A stretch of 41,042 nucleotides of DNA from a virus, in IMG/VR virus record IMGVR_UViG_3300045988_015542, positions 1 to 41,042 of that record, one strand, 5' to 3'. A program made the translations under genes and the position numbers. A model generated the notes under the pieces. That model was not told the DNA's origin. It made no database searches and saw only the letters and a list, made by a program, of their open reading frames with translations. Position 1 is the first letter of the stretch. Each line of letters begins with the position of its first letter. Positions 1 through 7,919 of this stretch are shown here, in pieces.

Positions 1-94
1 CCTCCTGCTCCGCATCACGCATTACGATGTACCGTCCTTCCGCGTCTGCTCGCGCAAATTCGGCACAGCGTTCCGGCGTCAGCCCCGTGTCCTC
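1..94. repeat. Exact 94-bp direct terminal repeat, copy 1 (circular-assembly overlap)
   Basis: Compared base by base: 1-94 is identical to 40949-41042. The repeat lies inside a CDS that stays in frame across the junction. Confidence 0.95.
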
Positions 95-247
95 GTAGGC
101 GGCAAGGCGCTCCTTGAGGCAATTTCGGCAGTACAGCGCGGTGCAGTCAACCATCGGCTTACCATGCTTACCCGTCCAATCCGCTTTGCACTTCTCGCAG
201 TCCATCATTGCCTGTCCATCGGTGTCTCGTTTCGTCAGTCGTTCCAT
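1..247 (-). CDS. Hypothetical early protein, N-terminal part (gene continues at 40948->40662 on the circle; ~177 aa total)
   Basis: ATG at 247 shares one nt with the TGA of the upstream gene. GGAGG lies 7 nt upstream. The frame is open to position 1 and in phase with ORF 40662..40970 through the repeat. Absent from the ORF track because it runs off the edge. Confidence 0.75.
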   Translation of the reverse strand, partial: MERLTKRDTDGQAMMDCEKCKADWTGKHGKPMVDCTALYCRNCLKERLAAYEDTGLTPERCAEFARADAEGRYIVMRDAEQE

Positions 248-579
248 CAATCCACCTCCTGCATCCAGAACTCGCGGCGGCAATCAGAGCACAGCCTTCC
301 AACGCACTCTTTTCGCATCTTTTTGTAAAATTTACAGGGGTTCAAAGTCAGACAGCCATCCGTAAAGCTAATCTCCGCCTCCGGCCACTGCTCCAGAAAC
401 ACGCTCTGCCGCGTCTTGCGCGGGTGCTCCTTCGACCACTGCTCAACGGTTATGATAGCCCTCGTATAATCTTCGTCTGTCGTAAGATTGCAATTAGGTT
501 CCCTGAGCGGGCAGCCGTCGCAACGCGGGTATGATTTGCACATCCTTTTTCTTTCTTTCAAAAATTCTAACGCGTCCAT
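247..579 (-). CDS. Hypothetical Cys-rich early protein
   Basis: ORF 247..621. Internal ATG at 579 is preceded by GGAGGAGGTAAGAAG. Several CxxC motifs. Confidence 0.6.
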   Translation of the reverse strand: MDALEFLKERKRMCKSYPRCDGCPLREPNCNLTTDEDYTRAIITVEQWSKEHPRKTRQSVFLEQWPEAEISFTDGCLTLNPCKFYKKMRKECVGRLCSDCRREFWMQEVD

Positions 580-583
580 CTTC

Positions 584-826
584 TTACCTCCTCCAACGAC
601 ATCCGCTACAGGCCCCCTCATGGGCCAGCGTGTAGTTTCCGCATTTCAGGCACAGTTCGTTCCGCAGTGCGTCAATTTCTTTCGCCTGCGCTTCAATCTG
701 ATCAGCGGCTTTCGCCAGATCGTCGCACAGGGTAATGGGCGTTCCCCACTGGTTCCCCTCCGCCCATTCTGCGTGCTCACGCAGCGCATTTACGAGATCT
801 TGATCTCTCATAGCTCCTCCCTTCAT
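584..826 (-). CDS. Hypothetical protein with C-terminal CxxC..CxxC motifs
   Basis: ORF in track. Alternative start at 811 is preceded by AAGGGAGGAGCT. Confidence 0.6.
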   Translation of the reverse strand: MKGGAMRDQDLVNALREHAEWAEGNQWGTPITLCDDLAKAADQIEAQAKEIDALRNELCLKCGNYTLAHEGACSGCRWRR

Positions 827-827
827 C

Positions 828-1922
828 TCAATACCTCACTCCGATGTAATCCAGAACCCGACCATAGCCAAGCCCCTTTTCGTTTGGCTTCCATAGCCCA
901 TCCGCGGGGTCAAACTCCCCGCCGCCGATGCAAAACTCATAGTGCTTCGGGTGCGTGTGCTTCATGCGCTTAAAACGATTCTCGCCTTTTTCGAGATGAG
1001 CCCCGAACGCGCAGAACATACATCCTGTTCGTTGGCAGCCCGTGCAATGCAGCGGGCAGTCCACCAGCGTTGCGTCGTAGTCGTTCTCGCCGTCGCTTGC
1101 TACAATGTCGCCATATACGCTGGCGATAGGTAGCTCGCGGTCTACGATAAACCGCAGCACGTCCTGATCTGTCCAGAAGCTCATTGGCTTGCTCATGGGG
1201 CGCTTGCCGTCAAAGGCGTTGCATCCCGTGCGCTTCCACTCTTTTTCTCTCTGCTGGCTCTCGCTCGCCATCATCGCGGTAAATGGCACACATCCGCTCG
1301 TAGCTTCGTATCGCTTGGCGGGTGCTTTTTTCATCACGTCGCAGCATTGCTCGCTAATGCGGAACGGCGCATCCTTAAGATAATGCCACTTGTCCGCCAG
1401 TTTCATCGTCGAGCAGTAAACGCCCTTCCGGTTGTATCCGGTCAGATACAGATTGACCGTTGCATCGTTCTGCCCGTGCGCGTTTTGTAAATCGCGGATA
1501 AAGCGCGCCTGTTTTTTGCCGATGACGGGATAACCGTACTTTGTCAACACCTGCCGGATATTCATCTTCGGCCGCAGCCGCACAAGCTGCACGTCGATCC
1601 GCGGGAACTTCTTCCGCAGCCAGTCCGTATATTCGTTTACGAACTTCTGAATTTCTGGATATTCCAGCCCCGTATTGACAAATACGAGGTTCAGCGGCCA
1701 CGGCGGTGTGCGAAAATGTGAGAGCCAGTTTGCGGCAAGGTAAGCCAGCACGGTTGAATCCTTGCCGCCGGAAAAGCTCACATAGACTTTCCCGTCCCAT
1801 GCTGTGAACCACTCCTCGATCTTGCCGTAGGTGATGATCTCCTTGTACTCGGTATCAAGGGACATCAGCTCTTTGGCTTTCTCGGGCAGGATCGGCGTGT
1901 TGGTGTAACCAGAAAGGCTCAT
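828..1922 (-). CDS. PAPS reductase / PP-loop ATPase family protein with C-terminal Cys cluster
   Basis: SFSGGKDST PP-loop motif. C-terminal CPLHCTGCQRTGCMFC. ATG at 1922 overlaps the methyltransferase stop (ATGA). SD GGAAGGGTGG. Confidence 0.8.
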   Translation of the reverse strand: MSLSGYTNTPILPEKAKELMSLDTEYKEIITYGKIEEWFTAWDGKVYVSFSGGKDSTVLAYLAANWLSHFRTPPWPLNLVFVNTGLEYPEIQKFVNEYTDWLRKKFPRIDVQLVRLRPKMNIRQVLTKYGYPVIGKKQARFIRDLQNAHGQNDATVNLYLTGYNRKGVYCSTMKLADKWHYLKDAPFRISEQCCDVMKKAPAKRYEATSGCVPFTAMMASESQQREKEWKRTGCNAFDGKRPMSKPMSFWTDQDVLRFIVDRELPIASVYGDIVASDGENDYDATLVDCPLHCTGCQRTGCMFCAFGAHLEKGENRFKRMKHTHPKHYEFCIGGGEFDPADGLWKPNEKGLGYGRVLDYIGVRY

Positions 1923-3196
1923 AGCGTCCACCCTTCCTCTCTCACCTGAAAGGCATCGCCGAGCTGGATGGTCTCGGGGAAATTGTGCTGTGTGGTCTGG
2001 ATGGCGTACTTGTCGATCTCGGTCGCATAGTAGGCGGTGATCTCCGCGCGCAGCTTGTCCAGCGCGATATGCCCGCAGCTCATGCCGTCGTACATCGACA
2101 GCACTTCCACCGGCTCCTCCGTCAGCCCGGTAAAATGGCTCATAATGTGGGCAATCACGTCCACGGTCCAGCCGTTGCCCAGCATTTTATACGCTTGGGT
2201 GTCGCTGACGGGAAAGGCGTATGTGTCCGGCACGGTCTGAAGGCGTTTACATTCCGTCACGGTCAGCTTGCGAATGATGTAAAATCCGTCTGCCAGTTTA
2301 ATGGGGTATGTCTTTCCTTTGATGGTGATCCGCCCGCCGCGAACCTCGTAAACTGGGATTTCTTTTCCGCCTGCCGCCTTAATTACAAACTGCCCTTTCC
2401 CGTCCGGGATAACGGGGACGGCAATCATATTGTCTTTCTGAACGGTTGTCAGGCAGTTGGTTTTCTGCGGTTCTTCGTTTACCTCGAAATACTGGAAATG
2501 TGGGATCGCTTCGTTGTAATCGTCGCGGTGGCCTTGCTCGTTGATCCTGCGTCCCACGACGCGCCCAGCCACAGGCACGGCATAAAGCCCGGTTTTTGCT
2601 CCCAGCCCTCCGCCGTTGCCGCAGAGGGTCACGCTTTTGGCGTCAGGGCTGTAAACACGGTATTGCTGGCTGTCGAAGTCCTGCCTCTTTGCGTCGTTCT
2701 CAATGGTGCCGATCCTCACCGGCTCCGCCGCCATGAGGCGCGAATAACTATGTTGCTTCTTGGGATTGTAAACGCCTGCCGATTTATAGTAATGCGCGTC
2801 CAGCGTATAGGATTTTTCCCTCCATGCAACGCCCGTCTCCAGAATGTCGCGCAAAAGGATCCCACGGTCCTCCGGCTGTTCCACATGGACTTGGCTGTAT
2901 GTACCGTCCGGCTCACGCTTGCCGACCCAGTAGAGCCGCTGTCGGTTCTGTGCGGAGACCAGAGCGGAGTTGATAAGCACCGGTTCCACGCCCAGCTCCG
3001 CCGTAATCTGCGTCCGAATGGCGGGCGACATGGACTTGTTGTTCTCGTAGAGAAAATAGTCCGGTTTGTATTTGTCGCGGGCAATGCGGTAGTTCAGGAA
3101 CAGTTCCCAGCCTATGCCGCTGGCCTCGGTCTCGCGGTTCTTGGTCTGCGCGATCGACCAATGCGTGCAAGGGCTTCCGCCGATCAAAAGTTTCAT
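1919..3196 (-). CDS. DNA (cytosine-5)-methyltransferase, circularly permuted motif order
   Basis: Motifs seen in order: GGSPC (IV), YENN (VI), QNRQRLYW (VIII), RKLTVTECKRLQTVPD (IX), GNGWTV (X), then LSMYDGMSCG (I) and ATEIDKYAI (II). SD GAGGAGGAAAGC. In-frame TGA 9 codons upstream. Confidence 0.85.
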   Translation of the reverse strand: MKLLIGGSPCTHWSIAQTKNRETEASGIGWELFLNYRIARDKYKPDYFLYENNKSMSPAIRTQITAELGVEPVLINSALVSAQNRQRLYWVGKREPDGTYSQVHVEQPEDRGILLRDILETGVAWREKSYTLDAHYYKSAGVYNPKKQHSYSRLMAAEPVRIGTIENDAKRQDFDSQQYRVYSPDAKSVTLCGNGGGLGAKTGLYAVPVAGRVVGRRINEQGHRDDYNEAIPHFQYFEVNEEPQKTNCLTTVQKDNMIAVPVIPDGKGQFVIKAAGGKEIPVYEVRGGRITIKGKTYPIKLADGFYIIRKLTVTECKRLQTVPDTYAFPVSDTQAYKMLGNGWTVDVIAHIMSHFTGLTEEPVEVLSMYDGMSCGHIALDKLRAEITAYYATEIDKYAIQTTQHNFPETIQLGDAFQVREEGWTL

Positions 3197-3220
3197 GCTT
3201 TCCTCCTCACAGGTATTCTT

Positions 3221-3946
3221 TCATTTCAGCCGGTAGTTTTTGGCCCCGGTAATATTCAGCACGCAGCCTTTCGACCGCTCCGCAATGCGCGAGCCTATCG
3301 CCTCGTCCCAGTCCAGCACGCGCGAGATCGTCCACTCGGAGCTGATGATTGTCACAAGGCTTGGCTTGATATACCGAGCATTGAGCAGATCAAACGCAAT
3401 GTTTCGATCGGCCTCTGTCGCCGTGCCCTTGAGAAAATCGTCGATGTACAGCACCTTGACGTTTTTCAGCGGATCAATGGCATCTTGATATGCCTCGGCA
3501 TCGTTAACCTTTGCTTTGATGGCCGGAATATCCGCACGCCATTGCACATAGCGCACCGGTAATCCGGCATCCATGAGCTTTCCGCACATCGCCGTGCAAA
3601 GATGCGTTTTCCCGCTGCCGGGACTTCCTCCGGCGTAAAACCATCTTCCGCGCCAGTCGGCAAGATAGCGTTCCGCTGCCTCTTTGGCCTGCTTCTGCCA
3701 CGGCTCAGTCGCGCGGTAGTTCTCCATCGTGCATCTCTGCAAAAGCTCTTTAAGCCCGCTTCTTTCGATGCGTTGCAGATTCCTTTTGCGGATGGAGCAT
3801 TCGCATTCCCGGTACTCCGCATTTCCGTCTGCTGATCTCCGCACGGTGTATCCAACGCCGCCGCAAAGTGGGCATTCGTCAGAGATTGACGGTTCCGGGG
3901 ACGTTCCATTTTTTCGTATCTCTTCCAGTATCGTAACCATGTCCAT
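3221..3946 (-). CDS. DnaC/IstB-like helicase loader ATPase with N-terminal zinc-binding motif
   Basis: Walker A GSPGSGKTH, Walker B VLYIDDF, CPLCGG..CEC near the N-terminus. Confidence 0.8.
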   Translation of the reverse strand: MDMVTILEEIRKNGTSPEPSISDECPLCGGVGYTVRRSADGNAEYRECECSIRKRNLQRIERSGLKELLQRCTMENYRATEPWQKQAKEAAERYLADWRGRWFYAGGSPGSGKTHLCTAMCGKLMDAGLPVRYVQWRADIPAIKAKVNDAEAYQDAIDPLKNVKVLYIDDFLKGTATEADRNIAFDLLNARYIKPSLVTIISSEWTISRVLDWDEAIGSRIAERSKGCVLNITGAKNYRLK

Positions 3947-4466
3947 TCATCGCGCCCCCTTTCTTCTCCAGCTCGCGCTTTTCCCATAGCTGGAATTTCT
4001 GTTGCCAGTTGTAAACCGGCTTGCCCTCGGTGTCCCTCCAACCGGCGACGGAATAAAACTCGTAGAATGGCTTGGGGTCAATCAGCCCTCCGCGCAGCTT
4101 GGCATATTCGGCAACCTCGTCAAGCGTGGGAGCCTTTCGTGAGAGAGATATAGAGAGAGAACTATCGTTCTCTTTCTCTCTCTCTTTCTCCCCCTCTTTC
4201 TCCTTGCGAGTTTGTTCCGATTTGTTCCTATTTTGTTCTTCTTTTGTTTTCGTTTTGTTCTGCCGATTCGCTGCTTTGTTGCGACCACTGTCCAACGTTG
4301 GACGAATCAAAGTGAAAACAGCGCAGGGGACGCCAGAAAGACATGGCTCGCTTTCATCAAGCGCATAATCGCAGATTGCCAGCACAACGGCCTTAAAGTC
4401 TTTTGCGTTGAGCGCTCGCAGCGCGTCCCTGTAACTTCGGTAAAAAGTGAATTGATTTCGCTCCAT
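3879..4466 (-). CDS. Putative replisome organizer / replication initiator (DUF6291-like N-terminus, K/E-rich linker)
   Basis: ATG at 4466 (MERNQFTFYRSY). Position upstream of the loader. Conserved-looking N- and C-domains are joined by a low-complexity linker encoded by the iteron DNA. Confidence 0.6.
   Translation of the reverse strand: MERNQFTFYRSYRDALRALNAKDFKAVVLAICDYALDESEPCLSGVPCAVFTLIRPTLDSGRNKAANRQNKTKTKEEQNRNKSEQTRKEKEGEKEREKENDSSLSISLSRKAPTLDEVAEYAKLRGGLIDPKPFYEFYSVAGWRDTEGKPVYNWQQKFQLWEKRELEKKGGAMNGHGYDTGRDTKKWNVPGTVNL
4130..4285. repeat. Candidate replication origin: 5-6 phased TTTGTTC iterons plus a (GA)n/(CT)n imperfect palindrome
   Basis: TTTGTT(C/T/G) at 4211, 4221, 4232, 4243, 4254 and 4275 (spacings 10, 11, 11, 11, 21). 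Hairpin GAGAGAGAAC-TATC-GTTCTCTTTC at 4153-4176. Confidence 0.5.
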
Positions 4467-4470
4467 CGCT

Positions 4471-4617
4471 TTACTCCTTCGGCTTTGCCAGCAAGGAAAC
4501 CGTCGCACCGTATCGCGTCATGACCTCTGCGATATCGGTCGCGTCACTCTCGGACACTTCAGGCAAGACAATGACCGCCTTTTCGTGCGGCGAAACGATA
4601 TGCACCTCGTATCTCAT
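4471..4617 (-). CDS. Small hypothetical protein (48 aa)
   Basis: Hand translation gives MRYEVHIVSPHEK...AKPKE. SD GGAGGTGCGGC before the ATG. It fills the gap between ssb and the replisome organizer. Too short for the ORF track. Confidence 0.55.
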   Translation of the reverse strand: MRYEVHIVSPHEKAVIVLPEVSESDATDIAEVMTRYGATVSLLAKPKE

Positions 4618-4629
4618 GCCGCACCTCCG

Positions 4630-5040
4630 TCAAAACGGAAGGTTGCCGTCATCCTCAACCTCGATCATGCCGCCTGCGGTGCTGTACGAAGCAGGGCTGT
4701 CGTTGCCTTCCTGCCGCTTGCTGTCGCCAAAGTATACGCTGTCGGCAATCACCTCGACCGAGCGGCGCTTATTGCCATCCTTGTCGTCCCATTTGCGAGA
4801 CTGCAAGCGCCCGTCCACGATAGCCATGCGGCCCTTTGCGAAATACTGGTTGACAAACTCAGCGGTCTGCCGCCATGCCACAACATCAATGAAATACGTC
4901 TTGCGCTCGCCGCTCTGCTTGTCCTTGAAATCATCGTCCACGGCAATCGTAAAAGATGTGACAGCCGTTCCGCTCTGCGTGCGGCGCAGCTCAGGGGCAC
5001 GCGTCAGGCGGCCCATAATGCAAACTCGATTCAAGCTCAT
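4630..5040 (-). CDS. ssb: Single-stranded DNA-binding protein
   Basis: OB-fold SSB pattern (NRVCIMGRLTRAPELR...) and acidic C-terminal tip DDGNLPF. Confidence 0.9.
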   Translation of the reverse strand: MSLNRVCIMGRLTRAPELRRTQSGTAVTSFTIAVDDDFKDKQSGERKTYFIDVVAWRQTAEFVNQYFAKGRMAIVDGRLQSRKWDDKDGNKRRSVEVIADSVYFGDSKRQEGNDSPASYSTAGGMIEVEDDGNLPF

Positions 5041-5864
5041 ATTGATTCCTCCCGCTGTTCATTGTCGATCACTTCGCCGGTGCCCTCGTCTACCTCGTAG
5101 CCCTCCGCCTCAATCACGGTCTCGTCCGGCACAGAATACATATCCGCGTCGATCTTCGTCTTGACGGTCTCATCCGCCGCCACCGCGCGGACGAAATCAC
5201 TCTTGAGCGGGGCGTATTTCAGCACGCGCTTCAAAACGGTTTTCTTCGCCATTTCCTCAAAGTTGGTCTGCCACGGACCATTGCTGTAAGCCTTGGAAAA
5301 GCGTTTCGCGTGGGCGCGAATGTCCTCCACGCTCATCACATCGTAGCCCATGCCGCCGTCCTTCGTGCGGAACATGGCGTAGACGAAGCGCGGCTCTCCG
5401 CGCTCGCCGCTCGCGGGACGGTGGGTGAGCTTCGGTTCCAGGCCGAAGGAATATTCGAACTCGTCGTTCTCATAGACCACCTGCGCCTGAATGATGTTAA
5501 CCTCGCCGCTGCGGTACGCCAAATCAATGAGGCCTTTATAGCCGAGCTGGAACTGACACTCCAATGTGCCGTGGTTCTTGTAGGGGATCAGGTACGCCTG
5601 TCCGAGCGGGGTGTTCGGCTCCATGCCGAGCTGCGCGGCGGTCATCATCGCGCCGAGAAAGCTCTGCGGTGTGGTCTGCGCAAGCTGCTTGTTCGCGCTG
5701 AGCGCGGAGAGCGTGATGCGGGTGAAACGCTCCGGCGTAATGACGCTCGGCAGCGCCTTTGCGATCTCGCCCTCCATCTTCTTGATGTAGTCCTGCATGG
5801 TCAGCGGCTTGCCGCTTTTCACGGCCTGCGTGGTCTGCGCGTTCTGGATAAGTCCCTCTTTCAT
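5037..5864 (-). CDS. recT: RecT-family single-strand annealing recombinase
   Basis: RecT-like motifs (AAQLGMEPNTPLGQAYLIPY, QFQLGYKGLIDLA). Adjacent to the YqaJ exonuclease. Confidence 0.85.
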   Translation of the reverse strand: MKEGLIQNAQTTQAVKSGKPLTMQDYIKKMEGEIAKALPSVITPERFTRITLSALSANKQLAQTTPQSFLGAMMTAAQLGMEPNTPLGQAYLIPYKNHGTLECQFQLGYKGLIDLAYRSGEVNIIQAQVVYENDEFEYSFGLEPKLTHRPASGERGEPRFVYAMFRTKDGGMGYDVMSVEDIRAHAKRFSKAYSNGPWQTNFEEMAKKTVLKRVLKYAPLKSDFVRAVAADETVKTKIDADMYSVPDETVIEAEGYEVDEGTGEVIDNEQREESI

Positions 5865-6844
5865 GATGCTTTGTCCTCCTTAATCGAAAATCTTCTGAAT
5901 GTGGTTTGCTTGTAATACTTGCCGAGGTCTGCGTCGGGATGGTCTTTCGCGAATGCCTTTGCGTCAAAGGTGGAGCGGCTCTGCGCCGCCCACGAAACGG
6001 AATAGCGCCCGCACTCGGCGCTTTCCGCGTCGCCCATGTCCTGCATAATGGTCTGCTTGATGGTCTCGATGCGCGTTTCCAGCTCCTTCTTTTCGCCGAT
6101 CAGCTCAAAATACTGCGCGAGCGCAGTCTCTCTTCCAAACAGCTCTACGCAGCCGCCGCCTCCGGAGTAGATCGTTTCCAGCATTTCCGTGGTGCCCTCT
6201 GCGCCGTCCGGAGCGGGCGGCTCTCCGGTCTCAACATGAGCCGTCCAGAAGTCCGCCGCGCAGCGTTTGAGCGCCGCGATCTCGTCCGGCGAGACATAGA
6301 TGCTGCTCTCGCACCACGCGGGGCATTCGTCGTCCGGCACGGTCGTGACCTGATAGATGAAAAAAGCCTTGTTCAGCACCAGCGCCGCAAGATACCAGCG
6401 CTTCCAGCCGGTCACGGCGAGGTAGGTCACGCATTGCGCGTAGTAGCTTTCAGGGAATTCGCCGCCCACATAGTTTTTCATACTCAATGCCGAGGCGGTC
6501 TTGCACTCCAGCCCGGCGCTCTCCTTGAGAATGCGGCGGTCGATGTTCGCATGGAGATGCGGCGCGTCGTCGTTGCGCAGAATGTAATTCACGCGCCGGA
6601 CGGCCTTATCGCTTGCCTCCTCGAAGCGGCACGCGACATACTCCTCCAGATCGCGGCCCTGCCGCATGGCTTCATTGTCGGGCGTCTCGCCGATCAGCCC
6701 TGTTTTCTCCGCCCACACCGCATACGGTGAGCGGTATTTGTTCAGTCCCAGCACAGCGCCCATGTCGCTGCCGCCGAGGCTCTTCCGGCGCTCCGCAAGC
6801 CATTCCTCGCGGCTCATGCCGTCAATCGGTATCTTCGTTACCAT
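5861..6844 (-). CDS. YqaJ-like (lambda Exo-type) viral recombinase exonuclease
   Basis: GGSDMGAVLGLNKYRSPYAVW and LECKTA motifs. ATG at 6844 is preceded by GGAGGAGACCGAAG. Confidence 0.8.
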   Translation of the reverse strand: MVTKIPIDGMSREEWLAERRKSLGGSDMGAVLGLNKYRSPYAVWAEKTGLIGETPDNEAMRQGRDLEEYVACRFEEASDKAVRRVNYILRNDDAPHLHANIDRRILKESAGLECKTASALSMKNYVGGEFPESYYAQCVTYLAVTGWKRWYLAALVLNKAFFIYQVTTVPDDECPAWCESSIYVSPDEIAALKRCAADFWTAHVETGEPPAPDGAEGTTEMLETIYSGGGGCVELFGRETALAQYFELIGEKKELETRIETIKQTIMQDMGDAESAECGRYSVSWAAQSRSTFDAKAFAKDHPDADLGKYYKQTTFRRFSIKEDKAS

Positions 6845-7004
6845 CTTCGGTCTCCTCCATTTCCTCAAAAAATTCTTCGCCGCAGTACGGGCAGACCGCC
6901 CGTTCGGCGTAATACCAGCCGTTTTCCCCATCGAGGTTTTCACGCTCCATGTAGGTGTATGGCTCCGTAAAAATCGCGTGACAGCTCTCACATTGATACA
7001 TCAT
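6822..7004 (-). CDS. Small zinc-ribbon protein
   Basis: CESC...CPYC motifs and an acidic tail. ATGA overlap with the upstream gene. Confidence 0.6.
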   Translation of the reverse strand: MMYQCESCHAIFTEPYTYMERENLDGENGWYYAERAVCPYCGEEFFEEMEETEDGNEDTD

Positions 7005-7312
7005 AGCCGACCCGCCTTCTTCAAAAATTTCCGCTCACCCTTCGTTCGCACCAAGATCGCCATCGCGCGGGAGTATTCGCCGCGATAGTGACGCTCGATC
7101 TCGTCCGCATTGCGGGCGAGGAAGTAGCCCTTGCCCTCGCAGGCGTTGACGATAAAGGGGCCTTCCTCCGTTTCCTCGCGCCGTGCCTCCTCGATGAGCT
7201 TGCGCACGGTCCGGTCCGGCAAACCGAGCAGGGCGCACAGGGCGCCGCGCGTCATAGCATTGTCCTCGCCCTCACCGAGAGCGGACAGCAAACGCAACGC
7301 ATCGTTTGTCAT
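7001..7312 (-). CDS. Putative winged-helix DNA-binding protein
   Basis: ORF in track. The segment TRGALCALLGLPDRTVRKLIEEARR is HTH-like. Confidence 0.55.
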   Translation of the reverse strand: MTNDALRLLSALGEGEDNAMTRGALCALLGLPDRTVRKLIEEARREETEEGPFIVNACEGKGYFLARNADEIERHYRGEYSRAMAILVRTKGERKFLKKAGRL

Positions 7313-7836
7313 GGCGACACCTCCTTGTAAACGTAAGCGGTTTGGACGCCAAACTCCCGTGCGGCCTGATGGTCGGCAAAAAACACGTCGATGCGGTTTT
7401 CCTTGATCGCGCCGCCGCAGTCCTCGGCGGTGTATGTATGGCTCGTGCCGTCGGAAAAATAGATCGTGACGGTGGAGCCGTAAGGGATCGCGCGAGGGTC
7501 AACCGCGATCGTTCGCCCCTCGGTGGCGGTCGTTCCGGTCGATGTGATGCCGTTCGCCCACTTTCCGCAGCAGCTGGAGCATGGGCAATAGGCGGTCAGC
7601 TTAAATTCGCCAAGCGGTTCGCCGATGGTAAGTTCCGCGCTCCCCTCTGCGGGCTTGTCCTCGCCGGGGAGCTTGTCTTCGACAACCGGCGGCTCGCCCT
7701 TGTACGGCTGCCCGGTGGTTTTAACCGTTAGGGTTGCGACGATGATAAGCAGCGCCGCGAGGAACAGGCAGACGGCGGCGATGCGCGCCGAAGCGTCGGC
7801 CTTGCGCTGCTCGCGGGTGCGTCGGTCGCGCCTCAT
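7309..7836 (-). CDS. Membrane-anchored 3D-domain protein (MltA/RlpA-like double-psi beta-barrel)
   Basis: TM segment AAVCLFLAALLIIVATL. 3D-domain pattern FKLTAYCPCSSCCG...GRTIAVDP..IPYGS. ATG at 7836 is preceded by GGAGGGGAAGGC. Confidence 0.75.
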   Translation of the reverse strand: MRRDRRTREQRKADASARIAAVCLFLAALLIIVATLTVKTTGQPYKGEPPVVEDKLPGEDKPAEGSAELTIGEPLGEFKLTAYCPCSSCCGKWANGITSTGTTATEGRTIAVDPRAIPYGSTVTIYFSDGTSHTYTAEDCGGAIKENRIDVFFADHQAAREFGVQTAYVYKEVSP

Positions 7837-7919
7837 GCCTTCCCCTCCAGCTTGTCCAGCGCCCGCATAAACCAATGCGTCACGGTGCCGATGCCGATGA
7901 TAATAAAAGCTGCTGTCAT
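7833..7919 (-). CDS. Small hydrophobic peptide (28 aa)
   Basis: Hand translation gives MTAAFIIIGIGTVTHWFMRALDKLEGKA. SD GAGGTGGAAGC. ATGA overlaps at both ends. Confidence 0.5.
   Translation of the reverse strand: MTAAFIIIGIGTVTHWFMRALDKLEGKA

Noticed and set aside
1-94. The 94-bp terminal repeat as a biological direct terminal repeat or cos region
   Set aside because: It lies in the middle of an open reading frame and has the size typical of assembler k-mer overlaps. This is retained only as something to verify with read mapping.
1985-3562. 525-aa plus-strand ORF, the second-longest ORF on the plus strand
   Set aside because: It lies antisense to the well-supported methyltransferase and DnaC-like genes. 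It has no SD and an Arg/Ala/Gly-rich shadow-ORF composition typical of high-GC DNA.
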